Shown in pieces: positions 19,922-20,000 of a stretch of 20,000 nucleotides of DNA. The translations under genes and the position numbers were made by a program. The notes beneath the pieces were generated by a model. The model did no database searches, was not told the origin of the DNA, and saw nothing but the letters and a program-made list of their open reading frames with translations. The DNA is from Cladosporium halotolerans (Eukaryota): positions 107,271 through 127,270 of the forward strand of contig NW_027191499.1 in assembly GCF_011745625.1 (NCBI RefSeq). Reading direction: 5' to 3'. The first letter of the stretch is position 1. Every line of letters begins with the position of its first letter.

Positions 19922-20000
19922 CACTGCTTGATGCTTGATCAAGCGCTTGATCAAGCAGTCAATCAATCAAAAGTTGCGCAGCCAATCAAGCAATCAAGCG
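19922..20000. mobile_element. Probable terminus of a non-RIPed DNA transposon (hAT-like) abutting the ABC transporter exon
   Basis: Similarity to the transporter stops at ~19921. The sequence cactgcttgatgcttgatcaagcgcttgatcaagcagtcaatcaatcaa... is built from ATCAA/TTGAT repeats and two GCTTGATCAAGC palindromes. The other end is not in the window. Confidence 0.5.

Noticed and set aside
19922..20000. Palindromic repeats as a CRISPR array or telomeric repeat
   Set aside because: The context is eukaryotic, there is no repeat-spacer periodicity and no TTAGGG units. It fits transposon subterminal repeats better.

Overview
Filamentous ascomycete (Pezizomycotina-type) genomic DNA: short introns with CTRAY branch sites and AT-rich islands that carry the RIP signature. 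From left to right: (1) an apparently intronless GT1 sterol-glucosyltransferase-like gene (- strand) running off the left edge; (2) a probably mitochondrial aldehyde dehydrogenase (-) with four introns, two of them with non-canonical GC donors; (3) a 3.28-kb RIP-destroyed Tc1/mariner element (DD34E, 95-bp TIRs, TA target duplication) inserted ~280 bp upstream of the ALDH start, which carries a second, convergent ~475-codon ORF besides the transposase; (4) a Zn-dependent polyol (xylitol/sorbitol-type) dehydrogenase (-) divergent from (5) an STL1-like sugar porter (+), their shared promoter holding four copies of CGG-WW-CCG; (6) a Zn2Cys6/Fungal_trans regulator (-); (7) a ~0.4-kb RIP-like AT island; (8) a second, shorter Zn2Cys6 regulator (-); (9) the 3' end of a PDR-type ABC transporter (-) whose frame runs into a non-RIPed, repeat-rich sequence resembling a transposon end at the right edge. 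The best candidates for something undescribed are the two-ORF Tc1-like element and the ALDH/polyol dehydrogenase/transporter/TF catabolic cluster with its candidate operator motif. All calls come from manual reading; no searches were run.
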